This document shows positions 29,116 through 39,277 of a DNA stretch of 59,671 bases, piece after piece (within the stretch, counting starts at the first letter, position 1; each line of letters starts with the position of its first letter). The notes below the pieces were generated by a model, which did no database searches, had not been told where the DNA came from, and saw only the letters and a list, made by a program, of their open reading frames with translations. The position numbers and the translations under genes were made by a program. Source of the stretch: Eubacteriales bacterium (GTDB taxonomy: Bacteria > Bacillota > Clostridia > Oscillospirales > CAG-272); contig JAZUPD010000045.1 of NCBI GenBank assembly GCA_045604985.1, positions 1 to 59,671 of the forward strand, read 5' to 3'.

Positions 29116-29358
29116 TTATTCGATTATCTCATAAAGCGAGGAGGCATCCGCCTTTACGGCATGTTCCTTAACATCAAGCACCTTGACACGAAGCGGCTTC
29201 TGTCCGAAGGATATTTCAATTATATCCCCAACCTTGACATCATAAGACGCCTTTGCTGTTTTTCCGTTTACGCTAACGTGATCAGTGTCGCAAGCATCGT
29301 TTGCGACGGTTCTTCTTTTTATTATTCTTGAAATCTTCAAAAATTTGTCCAGTCTCAT
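29116..29358 (-). CDS. yabO: S4-domain ribosome quality-control protein YabO/RqcP
   Basis: MRLDKFLK.SRIIKRRTVA..AC; synteny. Confidence 0.92.
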   Translation of the reverse strand: MRLDKFLKISRIIKRRTVANDACDTDHVSVNGKTAKASYDVKVGDIIEISFGQKPLRVKVLDVKEHAVKADASSLYEIIE

Positions 29359-29376
29359 TATTATCCTCCAAAAATA

Positions 29377-29410
29377 AATTTGGCAGACTTAAAACAAGCC
29401 TGCCGAATTT
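29377..29410 (-). terminator. hairpin after hup
   Basis: AAATTTGGCAG.CTT-AAAAC-AAG.CTGCCGAATTT. Confidence 0.6.
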
Positions 29411-29418
29411 ATTGGTAA

Positions 29419-29691
29419 TCAGTTTACGGAATCTTTAAGAGCCTTGCCGGCTGTGAAAGTAGGATGCTTGGAAGCAGGAATTGTGAGAGTCTCACCTGTT
29501 CTGGGGTTTCTACCCTGTCTTGCCCCTCTGCTCTTAACTTCGAATGTACCAAAGCCAATGATCTGAACCTTTTCGCCTGCTTTGAGAGCATCCGAAATCG
29601 CGGAAGTAACTGCGTTAACAGCCTTCTCTGCTTCGGTTTTCTTGATGCTTGCTGCAGCTGCAACTGCATCTACGAGCTGTGTCTTGTTCAT
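29419..29691 (-). CDS. hup: DNA-binding protein HU
   Basis: MNKTQL, GFGTF, GRNPRTG, P.F.AGK.LKD. Confidence 0.97.
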   Translation of the reverse strand: MNKTQLVDAVAAAASIKKTEAEKAVNAVTSAISDALKAGEKVQIIGFGTFEVKSRGARQGRNPRTGETLTIPASKHPTFTAGKALKDSVN

Positions 29692-29820
29692 AGTTTTGTC
29701 CAATCCTTTCGAATTTTAATATTTTTTAACAACAATCGGCATTTTTTGCCGTCGCGTTCATTAACATTTTATATTATATCATCATTTTATACTAATTTCA
29801 AGGGGTTTTTCAAATATTTT

Positions 29821-30642
29821 TTAATAAATTTTATAATTATTTAGTTTTTTTGCTTCCCAAAGCTCATCAAGCTCTTTTTGTGACATTTTTTCGACATTTT
29901 TATTATTTTTGTTTGCTTCTTTTTCAATGATCTCGAACCTATCGACAAATTTTTTTGTGGCTTTATTTAGCGCAAGCTCCCCATCAATACCGCATTTTCT
30001 CGCAAAATTGGCAACCGAGAACAAAAGATCGCCGATTTCTTCTTCAAGTTTTTCTTTGTCGCCCGTGTCCAAAACCTCTTCAATCTCTTCCTTTTCCTCG
30101 ACTACCTTCAAAAATGCAGACTTTGCATCAGGAAAATCGAAGCATGACGCTCTTTTGCCCACCTTTGCCGCCTTCATAAGTGCGGGGAGCGATGGAGGAA
30201 CACTGCGGAGTCTGGATGTTATGGTTTCTCTCTGTTTCTCTTCATTTTTTATAATATCCCAATTTGAAAGCACCTTTTCACTGGTCTCTGCAACCACGTC
30301 TCCGAAAATATGGGGATGGCGGTGAATAAGCTTCCTACAGATCTCTGTAAGAACATCCGTCATACAAAACGTTCCCTGCTCATCCTCTATCCTAGTATGA
30401 AACACCACCTGTAAGAGAAGATCTCCCAGCTCCTCTCGAAGAAGATGGGGATCTTTTATGTCTATTGCCTCGATGACCTCATATGTTTCTTCAATAAGGT
30501 CTTTCCTTATACTCTCATGGGTCTGCTCTATGTCCCAAGGACAACCGCCCTCGCTTCTGAGGAGTTCCATTATCAGACAAAGATCGTCAAAATTATATTT
30601 TTTCTTTTCATTTAAAGATGAAATTTTTTCACTTCTGTTCAT
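29821..30642 (-). CDS. mazG: nucleoside triphosphate pyrophosphohydrolase MazG
   Basis: LR...GCPWD..QT, EELGDLL, RHPHIF, EEIGDLLF. Confidence 0.95.
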   Translation of the reverse strand: MNRSEKISSLNEKKKYNFDDLCLIMELLRSEGGCPWDIEQTHESIRKDLIEETYEVIEAIDIKDPHLLREELGDLLLQVVFHTRIEDEQGTFCMTDVLTEICRKLIHRHPHIFGDVVAETSEKVLSNWDIIKNEEKQRETITSRLRSVPPSLPALMKAAKVGKRASCFDFPDAKSAFLKVVEEKEEIEEVLDTGDKEKLEEEIGDLLFSVANFARKCGIDGELALNKATKKFVDRFEIIEKEANKNNKNVEKMSQKELDELWEAKKLNNYKIY

Positions 30643-30654
30643 TTGAGTGTCCTT

Positions 30655-32307
30655 TCAGATAAGCTTTAATTTATGAAGCAGAGAATAAACCCTCTCCCCC
30701 TTTGGAAGCATTTTTATATCATCTTCCTCAACGGCTCTGAATACCATTGCGGCTAAAACATAAAGAAAAGCAGCTATAGCAATCGAAGCAATGGTGTAAA
30801 GCCTTGAAGGTCCAAAATTTTTAATGATAATTATATAAAATCCAAATGATATCCCGATAGAAAGCACGGACGCAGCAAGAGGTCTGTAAAGCAGTTTTGT
30901 TATTCCGTCAAATTTTGAAGCATATCTTTTGATAAAATAGAAATTGAGTGACATTACAGCCGCATTACAAAGGAAAGTGCTGATAGGCGCACCGTATATG
31001 TTTATTCCTTCAATACCTATGAGTAAATAATCAAAGACGATCTTTACGAGTGCTCCCACAGCCATTGAGATTATAGGCTTTCTTTCTTGCTTATATGCCT
31101 GAAGAATGGCATTTGTAACCGTCATAAGGCAAGCAAATATAACAGAAATTCCAAGAATCGAAAGCAATGGGTATGCTATCTCGATCGCCTCGTTTTGACC
31201 TGAAAAAATCAGCTCAAGTATTGGCTTTGAAAAAAGACATATTCCAACAGAACATGGCATTGCAAAAATTGAACAGATTCGCAGCGACGATGAGAGAACC
31301 ATCGACTCCTTTTCTTTGTTTTTTGCCTCGATCGCCGCAGTAAGCATTGGAACGAGCGAAAGTGCTATTCCCGTGATTATTGCAGGCGGAAGATTAAATA
31401 TGGGGACCGCAAGGGTACTATATACACCGTAAAATGAGTTTGCAACATTACTTGCATAGCCTATATGCTGAAGCCTGTTTGAGATCATAGCAGTATCAAC
31501 AAGACGCGCTATGCCCATAACAGACGAGCTAATAGTTATTGGAATTGCTATTCTAACAAGATTTCCAATGATAGCGGAGCTTCTATCCGGCAAAAGCCTT
31601 CTGTCCTCAGTATAAAGCACCTGTTTTCTGCTCATCTTATAAATAAATTTCGTAAGAATAAGATATAGCATCGAAACGGCAACGCCGATCGTAAGACCAA
31701 GAACGGCAAATGCTGCTACCATAGGCAGAGAAAAACCGTTTTTCTTCGCCCAAACAGCAAGAAGAAGTCCAATGAGTAGCTTTCCCAGAGCCTCAATTAC
31801 CTGTGACACCGCAGTTGGAGTCATTATCTGATGCCCTTGAAAGTATCCTCTAAGCGCACTTGATATGCATATAAGGAACAAGGTCGGTGCTATAGCGATG
31901 ATACAATACGAAGCATTTTCGATGCCTATGCGGTTTGAAAACCATTCGGATCCGAGCATCATTGCGAGCATTCCCACTGTGCCGATTATAAAGAAAATCA
32001 AAACGGCGATTCTATATATCCGCTTTATATTTTTAACATTTCCTCGCACTCGGTTCTCGGAAATGAGTATTGAAAGCGCAACGGGAAGCCCTGCAGTTGA
32101 CACCATATAGAACATAGTATAGATATCATAGGCGGCATTGAAGAAAGCCATTCCCTCTGCACCCAGATATGAAAGCATCGGTATCTTATAGAGCAGACCT
32201 ATGACCTTTACTATGGCTGTTGAGAGAGTCATCACAGCAACTCCCGACAAAAACAGCTTTTTAGAATTTGAATTTGTGTTAGTGTTAAAAGACTTTTCTT
32301 CGGTCAT
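30655..32307 (-). CDS. MOP-family flippase (YabM/SpoVB/MurJ-like)
   Basis: KVIG..YKIP, AGLP.A.S, RGYFQG, SQVIE; many TM helices. Confidence 0.88.
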   Translation of the reverse strand: MTEEKSFNTNTNSNSKKLFLSGVAVMTLSTAIVKVIGLLYKIPMLSYLGAEGMAFFNAAYDIYTMFYMVSTAGLPVALSILISENRVRGNVKNIKRIYRIAVLIFFIIGTVGMLAMMLGSEWFSNRIGIENASYCIIAIAPTLFLICISSALRGYFQGHQIMTPTAVSQVIEALGKLLIGLLLAVWAKKNGFSLPMVAAFAVLGLTIGVAVSMLYLILTKFIYKMSRKQVLYTEDRRLLPDRSSAIIGNLVRIAIPITISSSVMGIARLVDTAMISNRLQHIGYASNVANSFYGVYSTLAVPIFNLPPAIITGIALSLVPMLTAAIEAKNKEKESMVLSSSLRICSIFAMPCSVGICLFSKPILELIFSGQNEAIEIAYPLLSILGISVIFACLMTVTNAILQAYKQERKPIISMAVGALVKIVFDYLLIGIEGINIYGAPISTFLCNAAVMSLNFYFIKRYASKFDGITKLLYRPLAASVLSIGISFGFYIIIIKNFGPSRLYTIASIAIAAFLYVLAAMVFRAVEEDDIKMLPKGERVYSLLHKLKLI

Positions 32308-32331
32308 TATGACCTCCGTGATATAAAAATT

Positions 32332-33819
32332 TTACTCGGCAAAAAACTCCTCAGCAGCCTTTGTTATCTCTTCGTTATTATCCTCACGCAGATATTCAAA
32401 GGGATATTTGGGACTGAACAGGCGTTTTATGCGCGTTGTTCCCTCTCCCGCCGTCTTGTATTCAACAAGTTTCGTAACTGCACCCGCACCTGCTGCAAGA
32501 ATGGTATGGACCTCTTCCATCATGTAGATATTATAAAGCCCTTCCGCACCCGGCCTAGCAAAGCCTACATTTTCAAGATTTCCAACAGTATTCTTTTGGC
32601 GGTACATATAATATGGCTTATATCCCGCTTGCATAGCCCTAAGCTGTGAATAGTCAACGCATTTAACTGCATCGCCCCCCTGCCTCGAAAAGATAGACGG
32701 ACCTTGATTCATCAAGTCTGCGGATTTTTTAACGCAGAAGGTATGTACTGTTATATTATCCGGAGAAAGATCGACTATCCTATCAAAAGATGCAGAAAAC
32801 GTCTTAAATGTGTCCCCGGGAAGTCCGGCGATAAGATCGGTATTGATATATTTTATGCCGGATTTTCTCGCAATATCATAAGCTCTGTAAAATTCATCGA
32901 CAGTATGGTTTCTGCCGACACCCGAAAGAACGTTGTCACAAAGAGTCTGCGGGTTGACGCTAATTCTTGTAACACCGTATTTTGCCGCCACAGCAAGCTT
33001 CTCATAAGAAATCGTATCAGGTCTTCCAGCTTCGAGAGTAAATTCCTCCAGCGAAAAAACATCAAAACATTCCGAAATTTTTGAAAGAAGTATTTCGAGC
33101 TGATAAGCATCGAGAATCGTTGGTGTTCCGCCGCCTATATATATAGTTTTTACCTTCAGACCAAATTTTCTTGCCCGCTCTGCCGTTGCCTCAATATCTT
33201 TGCAAAGCCTTATGAGATATTCAGGAATAAGAGAAAGCAATTTTTTTGATGTATAAGACACAAAAGAACAATATGCACATCGCGTTGGACAAAAAGGAAT
33301 TGAAATATAGACACTACAATCCTTTTTATGGGGATTTCCAATTATTTCTCGCTCAGCAAGAGCAACATCTGTTGCAAGTGCAGCTTTTTTGACGGTAACG
33401 AAATAATCATTACGAAGCATCTTACGCACCTTTGTCTTACTGTTACCTTCAAGAAGCCTCTCCATCGCCACCTTTGAGGGGCGAACACCGATCAACATTC
33501 CCCATGAAGGCTTATATGAAAGCAACTCCTCGCCAATTGTGAGCATTGCTGCTCCGATAGCCAGCTTTATTGCTCTGTCCTCACTTATTCCGTCTGATAT
33601 CTCCCTTTCCTTTCTTGCGTTTCCTTCTTTTCCCATTGCGAAAAGCGTACATTCTGCTTCGATTACGTTTTCCGTCTTTTTTACGGAAACCGAGAGAGAA
33701 AGTCCGTCATTCTCAGCACTTTTATTTTCTGAAAATTTAACTCCGGGGAAATATATCATACACAGCATCTGCACATAATATCTGTTTATCGGTACATCGC
33801 CCGAAAGAATGAGCTTCAT
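32332..33819 (-). CDS. hemZ: HemZ-like radical SAM protein
   Basis: WG.L.GVRP.K, IPFCPTRCAYCSF, GGGTPT, EAGRPD, PYYMYRQK. Confidence 0.88.
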   Translation of the reverse strand: MKLILSGDVPINRYYVQMLCMIYFPGVKFSENKSAENDGLSLSVSVKKTENVIEAECTLFAMGKEGNARKEREISDGISEDRAIKLAIGAAMLTIGEELLSYKPSWGMLIGVRPSKVAMERLLEGNSKTKVRKMLRNDYFVTVKKAALATDVALAEREIIGNPHKKDCSVYISIPFCPTRCAYCSFVSYTSKKLLSLIPEYLIRLCKDIEATAERARKFGLKVKTIYIGGGTPTILDAYQLEILLSKISECFDVFSLEEFTLEAGRPDTISYEKLAVAAKYGVTRISVNPQTLCDNVLSGVGRNHTVDEFYRAYDIARKSGIKYINTDLIAGLPGDTFKTFSASFDRIVDLSPDNITVHTFCVKKSADLMNQGPSIFSRQGGDAVKCVDYSQLRAMQAGYKPYYMYRQKNTVGNLENVGFARPGAEGLYNIYMMEEVHTILAAGAGAVTKLVEYKTAGEGTTRIKRLFSPKYPFEYLREDNNEEITKAAEEFFAE

Positions 33820-33823
33820 TTTT

Positions 33824-34282
33824 TCACCTACTCTTTATAAGGTCCTCAGAATCCATAACAATGGTAACGGGACCGTCGTTAATAATTGTAACCTCCATAT
33901 CTGCTCCGAAAACGCCGTTTCCCACATGAGAAAGCGACGCACGAAGAAGCGATGAAAAATATTCGTATAGCATCTTTGCCTTCTCGGGTTTTTCGGATGC
34001 AAGATAATCCGGGCGGTTACCGCTCTTATAATTTGCAAGAAGTGTAAACTGTGAAACAACAAGTGCCTCGCCACCTATATCAGTAATGCTCTTGTTCATT
34101 TTTCCGTTTTCATCCTCAAAAATGCGAAGCTTCAGAATTTTTGCGGCAAGCGCATCGGCATGGTCTTCCGTGTCGCCTGCAGCAACTCCCAAAAGGATCA
34201 TAAGCCCTTCTCCGCAATTTCCAACAAGCTCACCGCCAACTCTTACTTCGCTTTTTTTGACTCTTTGAAGTACAGCTTTCAT
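33824..34282 (-). CDS. dtd: D-aminoacyl-tRNA deacylase
   Basis: MKAVLQRV, SQFTL, NDGPVT. Confidence 0.96.
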   Translation of the reverse strand: MKAVLQRVKKSEVRVGGELVGNCGEGLMILLGVAAGDTEDHADALAAKILKLRIFEDENGKMNKSITDIGGEALVVSQFTLLANYKSGNRPDYLASEKPEKAKMLYEYFSSLLRASLSHVGNGVFGADMEVTIINDGPVTIVMDSEDLIKSR

Positions 34283-36529
34283 TTATGAAAAACCTCTCGT
34301 TACATCTTCAACGTTTTTCAGCCCTTTTAGCCTTGAAACGATGGATTTATAATGATCAACGTTTTTACAGCTGATTTTAAGATTGATTATTACCGTGTCG
34401 TCAGATTTTTTCTGTGAATTTATAGAAAGTATCGAAACCTTCATTTCCGCAAGCGTAATTGAAATATCCGCAAGGATACCGATGGCATCAAGGGCAAAAA
34501 TCTGTAAAAGTGCCTCATAGCTCTCTCCCTCACGGCTTGCGGCACTTGCCTCCCACTCGGCACTTATCCATCTTGCAGCGTTTTCGGGATTGCTCTGCCC
34601 TGAAATAACATTGGGACAATCCTTTTTATGAATTGAAATTCCGTATCCCTTTGTGACAAAGCCGATAACCGGGTCTCCGGGCAAGGGATTGCAGCATTTT
34701 GCAAACTTGACCTGACAGCCCGCCTCGCCATCAACAATGATTCCGCTGTTTGAGCGGATATTCTTTGGCTTTTTGATCTGAACACTTGAAATATCGCTCA
34801 CCGGTACAGGAGCTTCGGTCTTAACTATTCTGTCAAGCTCGTCGTGGAGCTTCAAAGTGATCTTGGAAATCGAAAGACCGCCGTAACCGATGGTATTATA
34901 GAGATCTTCTGCTGTCTGGACTCCGATTCTTCTTGCAACGTTTGTTACGATCTCAAGTCTCTGTGCATCGGTATAGCTCTTTGAGAACTTTTTAAGCTCC
35001 GTATCTATTATCGACTGACCGACAACGATATTTTCGTCTCTTTTTTCCTTCTTAAACCACTGCCTGATCTTGTTTTTGGCTTCTCCGGTCTTAACGATCT
35101 TAAGCCAGTCTCTGCTGGGCCCCTTTGAAGAATTTGAAGTCAAAATTTCAACAATTTCGCCGTTTTGGGGGACTTTATCAATAGGAACGATCATTCCGTT
35201 AATCTTTGCGCCGACCATTTTATTCCCCACAGCTGAATGAATGGCATAGGCAAAATCAATAACTGTTGAGCCTTGGGGGAGCGCAATAACATCACCCTTT
35301 GGAGTAAACACGAAGGTCTCATCATGGAAAATATCGGTCTTGAATGCGTGCATAAACTCGTCGGGATCGCGAGTTCCGTCCTCGGTTTCGATTAGACGCG
35401 CGATCCATTCGAGCTTCTTATCCATATCAGCCTTTGACCGCTCTCCGGATTTATATTTCCAATGGGCGGCAACACCGTATTCTGCAACATGGTGCATCTC
35501 CCACGTCCTGATCTGTACCTCAAAAGGAACACCGTCACGACCGATAACGGTCGTATGGAGAGAACGATACATATTAGGCTTTGGCGTCGAGATGTAGTCC
35601 TTGAAGCGTCCGGGGATAGATTTAAACATCTCATGGATAATACCGAGAACGGTATAACATTCAAGTTCCGTATCAACGATAACACGAAGGGCGTAAAAAT
35701 CGTATATTTCATCAAAGCTCTTGTTCTGATTATACATCTTTTTATAGATGCTGTAAACAGACTTGATTCGTCCCTCAAGAGTAAAAGAAATATTATTCTC
35801 TCTGAGCTTCAAATCCACCTGATTTCTAAGATTTTCGATCAGTCCCAAATTTTGACCGTATTTTTCTTCGATATGTCCTGAAACCTCATCAAAACCAAAT
35901 GGATCAAGATATTGGAGAGACATATTTTCAAGCTCATGCTTGATCTTCTGCATACCCAGTCTGTGAGCAAGAGGCGCATATACCTGCATGGTTTCAAGAG
36001 CTATCTTTCTTCTTTTTTCATCACCTTTTGCGGAGAGCGTTCTGATATTATGCAATCTGTCGCACAGCTTTATGAATATGACCCGAACATCCTTTGACAT
36101 TGCAAGGAGCATTTTTCGGAGATTCTCAATATGAGCCTCCTCCTTATCTTCAACCTGTAGCTCAACCAGCTTTGTAAGACCGTCAACAAGAATTGCAACA
36201 TCTTCTCCGAACATCTTTTTAATATCCGAAAGACATGTTTTATCTGAACAATCCTCAACCGTATCATGAAGAAGTGCTGCACATATGGCATCTGTATCAA
36301 GCTCAAGTCCTGCAACGATCTCCGAAACTGCTATTGGATGGGAAATATACGCATCACCGCTCTGACGGTATTGTCCCGCATGAAGCTGATTTGCATATTC
36401 AAAGGCTCTTATGATCTTATCAATATCATAAGACTTGCCGGTTGCACGAAGAATTCCAAGAAGTCTATCAATGTCCGTATGGACCGCTGTTGTATTCTTT
36501 TCTATGGAATTAACATTATCAATGTTCAT
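34283..36529 (-). CDS. rel: bifunctional (p)ppGpp synthetase/hydrolase Rel
   Basis: HD..ED hydrolase, GR.K..YS, EVQIRT, TGS and ACT domains. Confidence 0.97.
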   Translation of the reverse strand: MNIDNVNSIEKNTTAVHTDIDRLLGILRATGKSYDIDKIIRAFEYANQLHAGQYRQSGDAYISHPIAVSEIVAGLELDTDAICAALLHDTVEDCSDKTCLSDIKKMFGEDVAILVDGLTKLVELQVEDKEEAHIENLRKMLLAMSKDVRVIFIKLCDRLHNIRTLSAKGDEKRRKIALETMQVYAPLAHRLGMQKIKHELENMSLQYLDPFGFDEVSGHIEEKYGQNLGLIENLRNQVDLKLRENNISFTLEGRIKSVYSIYKKMYNQNKSFDEIYDFYALRVIVDTELECYTVLGIIHEMFKSIPGRFKDYISTPKPNMYRSLHTTVIGRDGVPFEVQIRTWEMHHVAEYGVAAHWKYKSGERSKADMDKKLEWIARLIETEDGTRDPDEFMHAFKTDIFHDETFVFTPKGDVIALPQGSTVIDFAYAIHSAVGNKMVGAKINGMIVPIDKVPQNGEIVEILTSNSSKGPSRDWLKIVKTGEAKNKIRQWFKKEKRDENIVVGQSIIDTELKKFSKSYTDAQRLEIVTNVARRIGVQTAEDLYNTIGYGGLSISKITLKLHDELDRIVKTEAPVPVSDISSVQIKKPKNIRSNSGIIVDGEAGCQVKFAKCCNPLPGDPVIGFVTKGYGISIHKKDCPNVISGQSNPENAARWISAEWEASAASREGESYEALLQIFALDAIGILADISITLAEMKVSILSINSQKKSDDTVIINLKISCKNVDHYKSIVSRLKGLKNVEDVTRGFS

Positions 36530-36544
36530 ATATAAACCTCAAAG

Positions 36545-38776
36545 TTAAATTCGGTCACTGCACTGAGAACGCAGTTTCTTCAGTATATATGATTTATCAA
36601 GATTTGCCTTATCAGTCTTATAAAAGATCTCAAACCTATAATAGCCGCCGTCGATCTCTTCGATTCCGCAAACATTAAGCTCTCGGAAAACGGACATCAC
36701 GAATTTCATCTTGATATATCCAATACCACCACCGTTGCTGTCACCGTGAAGCATAGAAAGAAGTATCTTTTCGTTTATGGTGTCGTGTCCAAGGCGGTAT
36801 TCACGGCGAAGAACATTATAAACCAGCGCAAAATCCTCCCTTGTGGGAATAACGGACTCGGCATCGTCTATATCTCCTCCGCCTCTTATGTATTCGTATC
36901 TGTATATTTCATTTTTCAGGGCATCCTCAAAAGCGATTGACGTCCTCATATCCTTTACTATCATCTGAACGCTCTTTACATTCTGATATTCATTGATATC
37001 TATATTGAAAAATACATCAACTCTATCGCCCTCACAAAAATCAAATCTTTGTGAAGACATTCCAAAATACATTGCCGTTATATTTCTGTTATCCTTAGAA
37101 AGAATCAATTTTGTATGCTTACCGGAACCAATAGAAAAAATACGCTCTATCCTAACATCACGAAGTATGAACGCAGGAACGGGATTTGCAGTTCCAAATG
37201 GCTCAAGAAGCCCGATCTCCGATGCGTTCTCAAGAGTGATATCACTCATTTCAACATCGCAATCCGCATCAAGACGAATGTTCATCATTTCCTCGGAAAT
37301 ATTATTGAGTACAAATTCATTTATCTTACGCTTAAAATCTTCGAGCTTCCCTCTTTCAACGGTAAGTCCCGCCGCAAGCTCATGACCGCCGTATTTTACA
37401 AGGTAATCCGAGCAATAGTTAAGAGCTTCAACAAGGTTAATGCCCTTTATGCTTCTTCCGGAGCCTTTTCCAATATCGTCATCATCGGGAAAACCCCTTG
37501 TTGCCCCATCGAAGGAAATAAGTATCGAGGGAAGACCAAATTTTTCAGTTACTCTAGATGAAACGATACCGATAATTCCTTGCTGCCAGCCGTCATCCTC
37601 AAGAACGATGACTCTTCCATTCTCAAGATCAAATTCCTGTTCTATCTTTTTATATGCCTGCTCGGCAATTCTGTTTTCTTCGATCTGTCTTTTCCTATTG
37701 ATATCACAAAGCTCAAGGGCAAGCTCTTTTGCTCTCTCCTCCGAGTCGGTCAGAAACAACTCAACAGCCTTTGAAGCAGAGCTTATCCTGCCTGCTGCAT
37801 TTATCCTCGGAGCAATTCCAAAGCCTATATAGGATGAGGTTATCTTTCTTTTTTTCGCAGGAGTGGTCTTAGCTATGGGTGCCGACGTCGCAGGCTTCAC
37901 TTCACCCGAGGTATAATTTGCCGATGCATCAATAAGAGCAGAAAGACCAACACGCTCCGTATTACCTATTTTTTCAAGACCATACATAACGATAAGTCGG
38001 TTTTCATCGACGATAGGCATAACGTCTGCAATAGTACCGATAGCAGTAAGATCAGCATATTCTCTGAATACCTTTCGTATTCCTCCCAGTCGATCCTCTC
38101 CTCTGTCCATGAAAAGTCTGCTCTCAAAAGCACAAAGAAGCTTAAAAACAACCCCAACGCCCGCAAGTTCTTTAAATGGATATGGGCAATCAGGTCTGTG
38201 TGGATTGACAACAGCGGCGGCTCGAGGAAGCACTGCTCTACATTCATGGTGATCTGTTACCACAACATCAATGCCAAGTTCTGCAGCAAATTCTGTCTCC
38301 TCACAAGCTGTGATTCCCGTGTCAACCGTAATTATCAGCTTTACTCCATCCTTTGCAAGCTTTTCCACCGCTCCAATGGAAACACCGTACCCCTCCCCAT
38401 CTCTGCTGGGGATATAATAAGAAACATCAGCACCCTTATCTTTAAGATACAGATAAAGACTGCTGACGGCGGTAACGCCGTCAACATCATAATCACCGTA
38501 TATTACGATCTTTTCATGGTTATCAAGTCCTTTTTTTATTCTTGAAACAGCCTTATCCATGTCCGCCATAAGAAAAGGATCGTATAGAATGGTCGTTTCA
38601 TTTCCTAGAAACTTTTTAACCATATCGGGAGTGGTATATCCGCGATTATACAGAAGCTTCGCTGTGAGATGGCTGAGTTTCTCAGACTCACAAATACTCT
38701 TTACGGCAGCATCTGCATCTTCTGAGCCATGATAGAGCGTGTTCCAAATTTTTTCACGCTTATTATTCATCATCAT
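36545..38776 (-). CDS. recJ: single-stranded DNA exonuclease RecJ
   Basis: GDYDVDG, TDHH, GTIAD, PRINAAGR, GGH..AAG, LEPFG. Confidence 0.96.
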   Translation of the reverse strand: MMMNNKREKIWNTLYHGSEDADAAVKSICESEKLSHLTAKLLYNRGYTTPDMVKKFLGNETTILYDPFLMADMDKAVSRIKKGLDNHEKIVIYGDYDVDGVTAVSSLYLYLKDKGADVSYYIPSRDGEGYGVSIGAVEKLAKDGVKLIITVDTGITACEETEFAAELGIDVVVTDHHECRAVLPRAAAVVNPHRPDCPYPFKELAGVGVVFKLLCAFESRLFMDRGEDRLGGIRKVFREYADLTAIGTIADVMPIVDENRLIVMYGLEKIGNTERVGLSALIDASANYTSGEVKPATSAPIAKTTPAKKRKITSSYIGFGIAPRINAAGRISSASKAVELFLTDSEERAKELALELCDINRKRQIEENRIAEQAYKKIEQEFDLENGRVIVLEDDGWQQGIIGIVSSRVTEKFGLPSILISFDGATRGFPDDDDIGKGSGRSIKGINLVEALNYCSDYLVKYGGHELAAGLTVERGKLEDFKRKINEFVLNNISEEMMNIRLDADCDVEMSDITLENASEIGLLEPFGTANPVPAFILRDVRIERIFSIGSGKHTKLILSKDNRNITAMYFGMSSQRFDFCEGDRVDVFFNIDINEYQNVKSVQMIVKDMRTSIAFEDALKNEIYRYEYIRGGGDIDDAESVIPTREDFALVYNVLRREYRLGHDTINEKILLSMLHGDSNGGGIGYIKMKFVMSVFRELNVCGIEEIDGGYYRFEIFYKTDKANLDKSYILKKLRSQCSDRI

Positions 38777-38827
38777 TCTCTTTCTTCGGTAGCAGAGTCA
38801 TCTGTCCTCTGCGCCGACAATTCAATC

Positions 38828-39259
38828 TTAGTTTTTTCTTGATATTATATTTACGATCACAACATCGTATCTTTTAGAAACCTTATATTTTGAATAAAGC
38901 CATATGCAAAGAAACGTAAAAGCAAAGCCCAAAAGTGCCGCTCCGTATCTTATAGGCTCGGAAAAGTCAAAAAATCCTATGAAAGCGTAAAGCACCAGCA
39001 TTATCACAATAGGAAGAATAAAAACGAGTGCTGCATAGAAAAGCACAGTTTTTGTCTCTGTTTCGATTTCAACTATGTCGCCAACAGAAGCACCGAGTGA
39101 GTTTTTTGCTATTGAAGTGATCGTTTTATTGCCTCCCATAAGTGAGCATACAGAGCATCCTTCGGCATGCTTATGACATCCTTCACAAGCAGAAAGCCTT
39201 TCACTTTCAACAGTTGCAACCTTTCCGTCTATACTTATGACCGTTGCTTTAACTCTCAT
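38828..39259 (-). CDS. RseC/MucC-family protein
   Basis: R.SAC..C, N..GA.VGD.V, two C-terminal TM helices. Confidence 0.85.
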   Translation of the reverse strand: MRVKATVISIDGKVATVESERLSACEGCHKHAEGCSVCSLMGGNKTITSIAKNSLGASVGDIVEIETETKTVLFYAALVFILPIVIMLVLYAFIGFFDFSEPIRYGAALLGFAFTFLCIWLYSKYKVSKRYDVVIVNIISRKN

Positions 39260-39277
39260 TTTTACCTCTCCATAAAA